A DNA stretch of 63,718 nt, counting the filler, from Bipalium vagum (Eukaryota), in assembly GCA_037834085.1 (NCBI GenBank). It is 3 parts of 3 records of this genome, joined end to end, with 100 filler letters (N's around TTAATTAATTAA, not from the genome) between each part and the next. Parts side by side here need not be neighbours in the genome. Positions count along the whole stretch, not along the records: positions 47,792 to 63,718 come from JBBMKC010137502.1; 2 more parts are not named here. One strand, written 5' to 3'. The notes beneath the pieces are model-generated. The model saw only the letters and a list, made by a program, of their open reading frames with translations, was not told the origin of the DNA and searched no databases. The translations under genes and the position numbers were made by a program. The first letter of the stretch is position 1. Each line of letters opens with the position of its first letter. Shown in pieces: positions 53,001-63,718 of this stretch.

Positions 53001-56000
53001 GTTTAAAATTAATCAATCTAAAATAAATAATTAATTTAATAATATTGAATAATAATAATTGATATTGGTTTCAGTGGATACTCTAATAAAACTGATTAGG
53101 TACTTGAGAATGAAGTTTCCACAAATCAGTGATGCTAAAATAGCTGAAGGCGTTTCTATAGGACATCAAATAAGGAAAATGATGTATGATTCAGATTTTG
53201 CAAGAAGTATGAACGTAATGGAATTAAGCGCTTGGAGAGTTTTTCAATTAGTGTGCGACAACTTTCTTGGTAATCATAAAGCTGAAAATTATAAACATTT
53301 GATGGAAAATCTATTGGACACATATCACACTCTTTGGGGCAGAATGTCATTGAAAATGCATTTTCTGCCCTCACATATAGATTTCTTTCCTTGTAATATG
53401 GGGGATGTCAGTGACGATCATGTTGAACGGTTTCACGAAGAAATTTCTCATATGGAAAAAAGGTGGAATTCTTCAATGATGGCAGACTATTGTTGAAGTA
53501 ATCAGCGTGAAACAGATGATGAAAATTATACAAGGTGATCCAAAAAGAACTTCCTTCCAGTCAGTCGCTTAGATTTATATTAGTTATGTCTGTTTTTAGT
53601 TGTTACTTATGATTTTACAAGTATACATTTGTGGTCATGCTCCTTTTTTATTTTATGAAAATACTAAAATTCAATTATCTGAAAATCTAAACGTGATATG
53701 AGAATTCCAATGACAGATTGGAACCAACATGAAAATATGTATTGGAAACCACCACGATTTTTATTGCACCAGAAAAAAATAAAAACTGTTGTTCAGTGTA
53801 ATTTGTGATGAAATCATTGTCCTTTTTTTGAACAAAATACTTACTTCATTCCATAAAAAAAACCCGATACGAAAAAAAACGAAGAATATTTATATTATAT
53901 TTAAATTATAACAAGAATAAAACACATTATTTACAAAGTTATTAATGACGAATGTTGTAAATTAACCATTGATCCTTTCTAACTAATAATATCTTGCAAT
54001 ATCCGAGATTTACATTCAAAAAGAGATTTCAACGTTTCAGGCCTAGTTGACTAAAATGTCGTTTGTAATGAAAGCCACAATTCATCAAAATTTTTAAAAT
54101 TATTTCTATGACATCGCTTATTGATGGAAGTGAAGAAGCCAATATCGTTGGCATTTAAATCTGGAGACTGCGTCGGCTGATTTATGACGGTAATACATGA
54201 AACAATATTTTCTCCGAGGTCATTGAAATTTTCAACATTTTTCTTTCCCACATAAGAGCAGGCATTATCCATTTGAATAGTAACATTCAGACACCACTGC
54301 ATTTTTTCAGAGATTGCTGGCATAACTTCAGTAGTCATCAAATTGTAAAAATTTTCGGCTGTCATTGTGCAATCAACTTTGTATTTATCACCTTTGTTAT
54401 GATTTTTGGAAGACGCTGGGCTCTACATTCTTTTCTATTTTTCAGATACCTATCAACCCTTTAAAGCCATTTGCAATGTCAGGTTTAGCAATAGCTGACA
54501 GCATCATAATTCTTGGTGGCTTACCTTTACTAAGTAATGGGTGCTTTTTCCTCAGATTGTATTTATGATATCGTTCTCGACAGAATTGATACAACTCGAA
54601 CCACTTTTCATCTATGTCGACATAATCATTCCATTTATTGCAGTGACTTTGTCTGTACCATTTTAGTCTCTTCATTTTCTGATTATCATTTAAGAAAGGA
54701 CAGGTTCTTCGGAGGACAAGTTTCATTCCTTCTGCCGTGATAATTCTGAAAACACTCGTTGAAGGAATATTCGTCTGCTCAGACAGACAAGCAATATAAC
54801 TGGATCGCCGCTTGCGACTGGCTTCGACAACTCGTTGTCGTTTCTCAGCACAGTCTTCCGAATTCCTTCTTTCAGATCCACTCTTTAGCTCCAGTGTACC
54901 TTTTTCAAAAAATGTTATTCTTAAATCGCGGCCATAATCCTTTTTGACATGAAACGTCTCGCTCGACTGTATCGTGTTGGGGCTGGACCTTTCCCATTTT
55001 CATTAAGATCCTCTCTTAATGGATAAGAAATAATACTTTTTGATCATTTGAAAGAATTCTAAAATCAATTTAATACAGATAAACAAATAACAATGATTAC
55101 CTATTTTATGAAATAAAATAATCGGTTTTTTATGGAATGAAGTAAGTACATGTTTATCTTTCTCATTAAAGAACAACATCAGTTATTAATTTTATTAATT
55201 GTTATAAAATAATTTATGTTGCTTTTACATATGGCAGTGAGTGAGGAAGATAGTTCTTTACGTCTGTGTAAATGACAAAAAACTCTGATGATGACAGCTC
55301 GATTTGAATGCGTTGATAACTCTTGAATGACATTTTCAAATGGCAGCTTAACAGAGTTTGTGTCAAGCATAGCATAATAATAATTTTTGGATAGATGATC
55401 GATTTAGTAATTTATTGATATTGAAAAAGTTTCGTGTGAAATACTTTTAGAATATCTGCTTAGGTGACAAGATTTATTTGAGATAATTTGTTTTAAATAG
55501 TTTGACCAATATAATAAATTATAAATTTATTCTGATTTTTTTTAATATAGTTTACTCCTAATAAAGAAACTCTTTGTCGAGAGGTATCCCAAAATTACTT
55601 TAAAGTAAAGAGAGGTGTGTAGCTAACAAAAAATGTTTCTTTGAATAAAGTATGTTAGATGTTCCTTTGACTTTTTTATTTTGTGTTGAGTGTTTCTCTA
55701 AAGCACTCAGACGATGTTGTATTTGTACGTGTGCATAAAAATAGCAGTAGAGAGTGAAAGTAGTAAAGATTCTTTTACGGTACTGTAGTTATATATATTT
55801 AGTTGAATTAATTTTTTTATGCCAAATATTCCAAATAATATTGGTGATGTTGATTTCTCTATTTATTTTCGGTAAAAACGCACCACAAATTATCTTGATA
55901 AATTTTATCGGAATTATTTCATCTGTTGGTTAATCAATATAATTTTATCAAATAATCATTTTTGTGTTGCGTCATTTAATAGATATGTAAATAATTAATA

Positions 56001-58552
56001 TAATAATTGATCATTATTGAAAAATGAACCTAAAACAAAAGTGTTTCTGAGTAATACCTATCGAAGATTGGTTACCATTGGTATGGAGTAGGTTTACCAT
56101 TGACATCACATCATAAAGCTACAGGACTTAGCTGATATCAAGAAATACAACATGAAATGACGAATGGATCATCTTTAGTGATCATTCAAGATTGTATTTT
56201 TGGCAAAGTGATAAACGCTTGAGAGTGAGACGTTACTTCGGTGAATGACATAATATTCGCTTTATGTTAAAAGGGAGTTAAAATTATAAGACTAGTATTA
56301 ATTTCATTCAGTAGTCTTCAACAGGATAACGCGACACTGCATGTTACCAGTTTAATAGCAAAGTTTTTGGAAGAATCAGAAGTGGAATAATTACTTTGCA
56401 ACATATCTAACAGATTTGTTTCCTATTGAATATGTGTGGGATATCATGGTCATCAGCTAAGACGTTCAGTTTCAACAAATGTGAAGCAATATACCTCAAG
56501 GGAAAATAAATATTTTAATTAAAAATATTTTAATTGTGCAATAAGACGCAACAATATGACTCGTTATTGATATCTCAAATGTTTTCCAAATAAAGTTATT
56601 TATTTCATGCAATTTGATAATTTTTTATTGGTACGTTCTTATTCAAAATGAGTACACTTCAGTTCTGCCGAGTACCACTAGTATTCATTATTAATAAAAA
56701 TTGTTTATAATAATGTTTAGAGCGTTGCTGTTAAATATACCTTTTACCTGCGGCTTTTTCCTTATGTTGATCACCGCTGGTTTGGTGACATATTCCTCGC
56801 TCATTTCTTGTGATCCGTTGTCTCGAGGTTTCATTCAGAAAAACGATCAAGTATTGAATAAAAAATTGATTTCATCTATATTTTTATTCTTAGATATTCC
56901 CATTTTTTGTTGTACAATTGTTAAAAAAATATTTTCCACTTCCCGGTTTATTCATGTCATCCCTTTTTGCCGCAGCACTAAGGTAAAATTTTACGGGAAA
57001 GTTCTTTATTTTCAACCCATTGTATTGTAATTATCTTTTTCAGTACCATGTCTTCTGGTATTAATAGCTTATCAGGCGTCATCATGAAAGATTTGATGAT
57101 CTTATGCTCGACACGTTTCCAACGTGACGAAAGCTTATACTCGAAATTGATTGGTAAAAAAATTAATTTTTTACAGCCTATATTTTTATTTTTTACTGAA
57201 ATAATGTTCTTTCTTCCAGTTCTCGTTCTAGGCGTTTCCACAATTCTGCTTGCCTTTCTTTTTTCTTTTGTGTCATCAACGGTTCTTCAAATATCCATGA
57301 GCTTATTCGGAATGGCTGGTGGACCTATATTGTCCGTTTTCACAATGGGGTTGGTAATTCCATGTGTAAATGAAAAAGTAATGGTTTTAAATTTAAAGGG
57401 TGAACTAGTTTTCAATCTTTTTTTGAGTTAATCTTTAAATTTCGAACAATTTTGTTATTCACGTGAATCGTATTTTAACGATAATCCATAAATTATAATT
57501 TTTTAAAGGGTGCTCTTGTTGGTTTAATTGGAAGTTTGATTGCAACTCTTTGGCTGGGTATTGGTGCTATAGTGCGTAATCCAATTGTATCTAGAAATAT
57601 CACAAATAATATGTCAGATTGTGTGAACTTCACCATCAACAGAGATCAACCTGTGACAGCTCCAAATGATTCTCAATTCTCTTTTTATAATTTATCATAT
57701 TTATATTATACTTTGGTGGCTATTATTGTTTGCACAATCTTATCCGTTAGTGTCAGTGCTCTCACTGGTTTGTACACATTTGTATATAGAACTTCGTTGA
57801 AGTGTTTTTCTGTAGGATTTAACTCAAAGAGAAAAATTGACAAAAAGTTATTATTTCTTATCGTTCCAAAATTATCCAAATATTATCCTGCAAGATTTCG
57901 ATCTCAAATTAAAGACGAAAATGAAGATGTAAGATATTTTGTTTTACCTAAGTCGATAAATGAATACATTTTTGTAGTCTTTTTATTAATTATATTTTAT
58001 ATTTGACCATATATAAGCTTATTATAAACCATCTTTCATCAAAAATAACTTTGTGGGTTGAAATTAATTCCAATGTAATTGTTCATCGGTTCATTTTTAA
58101 ACTTTTCATTCAACTTTAATAGACTTGTAACATTGAAAAATAAATTTTGAATCACAATTGAATAATATTTAAAACTTTTTTTACTCGTTTTAGGACAATT
58201 TAATCCAGTAAAAATTTAATTGGCAGATTAATGCTACTGTCTTTTTCGTTTAATGAATATAATTATTTATTAATAATATTATCATTATTATTATTATCAT
58301 TATTATTGCCATTATTATTATTATTAAAAAATTCGCAAAATAAATATTATTAATCATCGTAATTAAATTGTTTTCCCAATCATCAAGAAACTATAAAATA
58401 AAATACCGGTTAAAGGACATTAATAATCCTTATTAAATATTGATATTCTCTCAAGTTACTTCATTCATTTTCAACAGGTCGGCGAAAAGAAACGATTTCT
58501 GACATCTGTTCAAGAAAGGGGAACAAAACGGATTAACCAAATATCTGTTTGA
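50002..58552 (+). CDS. Sodium:solute symporter, SLC5A6/SLC5A8/SLC5A12 (SMVT/SMCT)-like
   Basis: Phase-consistent exons 50002-50340, 50381-50446, 50490-50541, 50593-50660, 52174-52328 (GGMRTVIWTD), 52372-52512 (RHSFW, NQAQVQRYLSC), 56721-56850, 56894-56982, 57044-57153 (STMSSGINSL), 57220-57377 (GGPILSVF), 57509-57767, 57816-57928, and a terminal exon 58478-58552 (alternative 58194-58211). Confidence 0.92.
51150..51720 (+). mobile_element. mariner remnant in SLC5 intron 4
   Basis: Fragments LKKLDTWMSHY, FLKQVITDDE and WSWKG. Confidence 0.5.
53080..53798 (+). mobile_element. Chapaev3 (CMC) transposon 3' remnant
   Basis: KFPQISDAKIAEGVSIG..FLGNHKAENY..MSLKMHFLPSHIDFFP.NMGDVSDDHVERFH..MMADYC. 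The end ...ctgttgttcagtg is followed by TAA, matching CAC..GTG termini with a TWA target site. Confidence 0.75.
53840..55146 (-). mobile_element. DD39D-family ('plant-type'/Guest) mariner-like element with intact TIRs and D40D spacing
   Basis: TIRs cttacttcattccataaaaaa (53840) and ttttttatggaatgaagtaag (55146), each flanked by TA. Motifs VDIDEKWF, IMMLSAIAKP..FKGLIGI, QMDNA and QPTQSPDLNANDIGFF. Confidence 0.88.
56000..56600 (+). mobile_element. Tc1-like remnant
   Basis: LVWSRF, LQQDNATLHVT..KFLEE and DLFPIEYVWDI fragments. Confidence 0.65.
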
Positions 58553-58929
58553 TATGGGAAATCGGACAAGAAAATGAGAAAAGTTATTTTGAAATCAATT
58601 TTTTATTAAAAATAAACTAAGTGATTTGTTATTTATTTCTAAACGGTTTTAAAATTACCATTACAGCTAGAACACATCCATCCGATATCAGTATTTACGA
58701 GGAGTCAGTCGAGTTTAAAGAAAATATTTGTATCCATATGAGAAATGACAAGGAAGTAATCTTGATCATCATCTAAGCAACATCTTAAAATGTTTCCTTT
58801 GAAATTAATTATACAATATTTTTCTCCTTATTAATTATGTCGGCTAGAATAAATTTCCTTTTTAAAAATGCTCTCAATATTGTACAATCCTGATGTCATC
58901 TGATTTTATTTAATTTCTGTTATATAGAA

Positions 58930-58931
<2 letters not shown>

Positions 58932-58994
<63 letters not shown>
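58932..58994. repeat. (TAA)n microsatellite
   Basis: Long perfect taa run. Confidence 0.95.
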
Positions 58995-58996
<2 letters not shown>

Positions 58997-59199
58997 CAAT
59001 ACAAGTATAATGTATACTATTTATAATTTAAGTTCCATAAATTATGTTTCGTTCAGTGAAGATTATGCAATCAACCATAAAATCTTGGTAATCTTTATTA
59101 AGTATAAAATAATATTGAAACAGATTTTTGAAGCAAACGATACTCAATCCAATAGAAATTGAAAAGGTATTATTCAAAAATCAATTAGCTATAGGCAAG

Positions 59200-59690
59200 A
59201 TTTTTTGAAACGATCTGCAGAAAAATACAGTTCGTGATAATTCTGTTTCAAATTCTCTCATTATATATAAATGCCAAAAAGAAGAAACACAAAGCGTAAA
59301 ACTTGAAATTAAGAATCATGAAACCAAATGTACCAACATCATGTAGGATACACGAAGAAATTCCTGTAATAAAAAATATTAAAATAGGAGCAGGAAGATT
59401 AAAACTTTGTAATATTATTCGAAGTAAAAAAATTGGAAAAATTCTTTTTTTTTCAATTGACAGGAGGTGAGAATTGGCTGCCGTGATTGTCACCTACACT
59501 TTATCACCGGCAAGTTAGGGAAAAATAATGGACCAATGCCTTATAATGAATGATCAGTAAATTGAGTCTAACTCTAAGGAAGTCTTGTAATAACCTAATA
59601 AGATGCCATGTAGTCGAGTCTCATCAGGAGCAATGGTTTATATACAAGTTTGATGATATGCTCTTGATCGCCCAAAATTTGACCATTGAA
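59200..59690 (+). mobile_element. non-LTR (LINE) reverse transcriptase remnant
   Basis: Frameshifted G(V)RIGC..LSPTL (consensus GVRQGCxLSPxLF) and YKFDDMLLIA (YADD-like). Confidence 0.5.
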
Positions 59691-59839
59691 CTAGTCTGGT
59701 TTCCAGTTGATACACGGAAGAGTTACTCTTCTCTTGATTATCCGATATAGGTGATCTCCATTGCAGGAGTACTCTCTTGTCCTCATTGATAATAACCACA
59801 TGTTAGCCAAGGCCTTAGAAGTTTGTGAAGAAAAAAATT

Positions 59840-60520
59840 ACAAAATCAAACCAATCAAAGATATGAAGATAATCGAATTCAACCAAATTAAGAAATTAAA
59901 CAATTTGGTGATGTGTATTAATATAACAGTTTAAATAAAGCGTTTCAAATTATGTTAAAATTGAAAAGGTATACCATGAAATTGAGTCATGAAGGCCATG
60001 CTAAAATTCTCCAGAAATGTAACATAGATCGTTCTAATTTAATTTATAATATTGTGACTGTGGATGAAACATGAATTTGTTCGTACGATCCTGAATTGAG
60101 CAACAATTCACTTTTTAAGTATTTAAAGGTGAATCCAAATCCTACAGTGCTGAAAAAAATGATCATCTGTTTCTTCAGTTTATAAGGATATGTGAAATCA
60201 AAGAACTTTCAACGCAGAAGGGTATTCAGCAGCTTGCTTATCATATATAACTTACAAAAACTGAGAAAACAATCGAAATCGATAATTTTTTCTTCGTCAT
60301 AGCAACGCCAGCTGTCATACCATTTATTTTGTAATTACTAAAAATAGAATTAAAAATTAAATGATTAAATTTATCACCTTGCAACTTCTTCGTGTTTCTA
60401 GCCACCAAAAAGAAATTATATCGTGTCACTTTTCGTCGCCTGGAGCACCTATTGCAAAATTCCAGATATTCAGTGCCAATTTCAGAATGGAAAATGCTTT
60501 TAAAATTGGTTCGATAGCAA
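59840..60520 (+). mobile_element. mariner transposase remnant
   Basis: NIVTVDET*ICSYDPE, KKMIICFF and FLRHSNASCHT fragments. Confidence 0.7.
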
Positions 60521-61600
60521 AGAAAAGTGTATTAACTTTAAAAATGAATATTCTGCAACAAGATTAACGTAGTTCTGGCTTGACTTGCTTTTTCAACGTG
60601 ATGTCAATTCAGAAATAATGGTCAAAAATATAAAATCGAAAAATATTTTTTGGAAAACCTTAGTAGTATTAAGAAAATTGAATTTTTATTCATAAGCCCG
60701 AGAAGGTTACCACAATATTTGTCATTGGTGGTATTTACCTTTATATAAACTAAGACAACATATGTTCTAAATATGGAATCAATCAGAGACCACACAGGCA
60801 TTCGGTTAAACCTTTCCAAAAGAACTCACGCACCTATAATAGTTGAAGGGTTACATAAATATCAAAAATTTAAAAAGATGTTTTCACTGAATAAATTAAA
60901 TAAATGTCAAAAACTGCTTTAAATAAAATTTGACTTGATTAGATTTAATTAAGTAAAAATTGTTGTTTTTCCACCAATTGTATTTATTTTAATCATTTTG
61001 TCTTCTAAGAGGCAACATAAATGAATGCTTTAAAATTTCAGCAACTTTTGTTTGAGATTCACCCAGAATGTAAAAATGAATTAATCATGAAATATTATTA
61101 TGACTATTCGACAGGTGAGCTGTATCGTTTTATTTTTTTTATTGATTTTCCTACCTACAACTAATCGTATTGTTGTATTTGCTTATTTTACTAATTCAAT
61201 TCACTGCAGTATTTTCTATTATTATTAATCTTGGACAGGGGAATATTGAAAAAATTATTCTAACTAGTGGAAGAGAGAGGACTATATTAAACTGTTTGCG
61301 TACAATAATTGTTTTCAACTGCAGTGTTGACCTAGTAATTCATGCTCCTGAGTGACAGGTAAAGATAAATGTTATTTTGTGGTTCTGAATGAGGTTCAAT
61401 AAAAATTATTGATGTTAAATGTATTTTGATTTACCCTGATGATTACTGTAGTATTTAACTATAATAAATGATCAAGAAGTCAGATTTAGCTTGTTGGTTA
61501 ATACTAAAATATTAACAAATCAAGTAAATTACTATCTTGTTTCCCATTTTAAAAACCATGGGACATATATTTTTTTCTAGAAATTCATAAAAAGAAAGTA

Positions 61601-61760
61601 CAGTAGAACTCTCTTAAGAGCATATGTAAAATGCCAGTGAAATATATGCCTTTAAACGACTTGTGCTTTTAAACCTTTTTAAAATCATGTGTATCGGTAA
61701 ATTTTGTGTTTATAAAATATATGTGCTTATATCGTGCTTATATGTGCTTATATTTGATAT
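61601..61760. mobile_element. pogo/Tigger-like terminus remnant
   Basis: TA+CAGTAGAACTCTC end with repeated gtgcttatat subterminal units. No partner TIR found. Confidence 0.4.
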
Positions 61761-62351
61761 CTGATTTTTTTTATATTTATCCTAATTAAAAAAGGCGTGT
61801 TTTGTTAAACAAGACACAGTTTGTTCATACTAAATAAGTAAATACTCAGACCAGGATCTGAGGATTATATAATTTTTTAACTTCTATTTCTTACAATTTT
61901 TTTTATTTTACACACTAAGGCGGTGAAATAAATTGTTTTTCTTTGCTGAGGATCTCTGAGCCTAAGAGTGAGAGGATTTTTCATAAAATAACTCTAATCA
62001 ATATCTTAATAAATCAACCAGGAACGATATCACTGCATTCTAAATAATACTTTATTTTAATAAAAAAAAAATTTTTAAAATTGATTCGTTACTTCTGCTG
62101 AACTTAACAATATAATTAACAAAAAACTTTTATTTCTAAAATACCATTGGATGGTTGGGAACGTTCCTAAAAATATAATAATCATTACAATAATTGTAAT
62201 ATATAAAATAAATATGTAAAATAAAATGTTATATGATTTTAATGACGTCAAATAAAAATTAAAGTTTACAAGCATATTTTTACAATAAAATCAATAAAGT
62301 TGCAAATATACGCGATCAAAAATCATAACTTCGCTTTAAAAATTATTATAG

Positions 62352-62494
62352 TTGTTGGGTTCCATAGAAAAGAGGTCCCAGCACCAATCAATTCAGATTC
62401 AAAGCCCGCAAATTCAAAACCGATACAGACAGAGCAAGAGCTTATGGAGGATGATTCTCCTAAGCTCATTATTGACAATTGTCAAACATTGTGA
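62352..62494 (+). CDS. Possible terminal exon of an unidentified small gene
   Basis: GC-richer open stretch after an acceptor-like tatag, reading VGFHRKEVPAPINSDSKPANSKPIQTEQELMEDDSPKLIIDNCQTL*. Candidate upstream donors at 61114 (acag|gtgag) and 61359 (acag|gtaaag). Confidence 0.3.
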
Positions 62495-63718
62495 TTATAA
62501 TTTGATTTTAAAAATGTGCATGGAAAGGCCTTGTTAGGCTTACTTTCTTTTATATTTTGACTCATTTTATGTTATTTTATATTTAATATTATATTTTATA
62601 AAAAATAATAATATTTAAATTATATATTTGTTTTTAATTAATATAAATAAATAAAATAATAATATAAATTGTGGGTTGAAGTTAATTAAAATGAATAATC
62701 ATAAATTAGAAAATAAAACTTACTAAAAAGACATTAATCTCTTTTGAGAAAAATAACATTAATTAAATAATCATTAACGAGTTCATAATCTTCTCATTTC
62801 TTTTGTTTGTTTTCTTGACAATTCGATTCTCCTTCTCTCTAGGCCACAGAATACGCATTTTTGACATCAGGGCTTCTTCGGTTATCATAAAACCAAGAAG
62901 ACGTTAATTAATTAATATTATAACTGTGATAAGAGTTGTATTTGTATTACAAAATATATTTTTTTAACAAAAAACGTGTCATCTTAATTAATTTAATTAG
63001 ACATAGTTCGTATCTTAGAACACCTATTTGTTACACTACCTTTGACGTAGTTGGTGAGCCAATTTCTAACCTATATTAATAGAGTTAGTATTTTTATATT
63101 TTCGAGATTAGATCTCGCAGTAAGTTACATAGTCAGTTACATAGTTAAAGATCTAAATTTAAAAGAAATAACGAGTTTAATACAATCCAAATCAAATGTA
63201 AGTGAATTATTAGTTCCACTATTCTAGTTTTAATTAATTTTAATACGCTGAACTCAAATATAATTTTCCGTTTTGGCTTTTGATGAAATAATTTTTTCAA
63301 GTTTTTTTTTAAAATTTTCTAGAAATTACGATCTGTGGAATTAGTCATCCGACTTGCTATTTTACTTCATGGCGTCTTTATTCTCCCTAATGTAAATTGA
63401 AGTCTTCTTATAATTATAAAGTTATCGTTTTATTGTTACTTTGTAAAATAAAATATTTTAAATTTTAATAAGAAAAATAAATATAAAAATAATAATAAAT
63501 AAAATAATCAATTGAATTTTCAAAAGTTACTCTCATTAACTTTATTATGAGAAACACGATAATATTAATTAACATGGTATTCAACGTGTTAAGATCCTAA
63601 GTTGATGGATAAAAAGGATGTTAAAGGTTGGAGCGTAAATATATCTTAGGTCTCAACGGTTGAAGGTTGCTTTGGTCGTGTTCGATTAATTAAATGAATT
63701 GAGAAAACGATTTATGGT

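Overview
AT-rich eukaryotic (animal-like) genomic scaffold with short GT-AG introns, ATT microsatellites and two artificial N-TTAATTAATTAA-N gap linkers. A flatworm/planarian-like origin is plausible but is only an inference. Host genes: an intact, intronless, GC-rich DHX8/PRP22 helicase (3709-7308, -); a frameshifted, truncated DHX8 paralogue (13877-16270, -); a multi-exon LRRC71-like gene (21771-31401, -, 5' end not found); the last three exons of a possibly CRTC-like gene (44084-47511, -); and a 13-exon SLC5 sodium:solute symporter (50002-58552, +). DHX8 sits between two decayed, oppositely oriented, non-overlapping parts of a Polinton/Maverick (adintovirus-like) virion module. The left part has major capsid, packaging ATPase and minor capsid; the right part has a GG-motif core protein, an adenain protease and a fibre-like ORF. 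Introns and intergenic DNA hold many DNA-transposon fossils (mariner, Tc1, DD37E, maT, DD39D-like, hAT, Chapaev3, pogo) and some retroelement debris. The most unusual signal is in the Polinton remnants: dense clusters of GC-rich mini-hairpins with 3-nt loops (stem-C-GAA/AAA/GTA/TAA-G-stem, including the d(GCGAAGC) type). They lie at gene junctions and inside ORFs, where one 30-nt cluster splits a repeated protein motif in frame. This suggests a mobile or regulatory micro-hairpin system of the virus-like element. All family assignments come from motif recognition by eye, not database searches.
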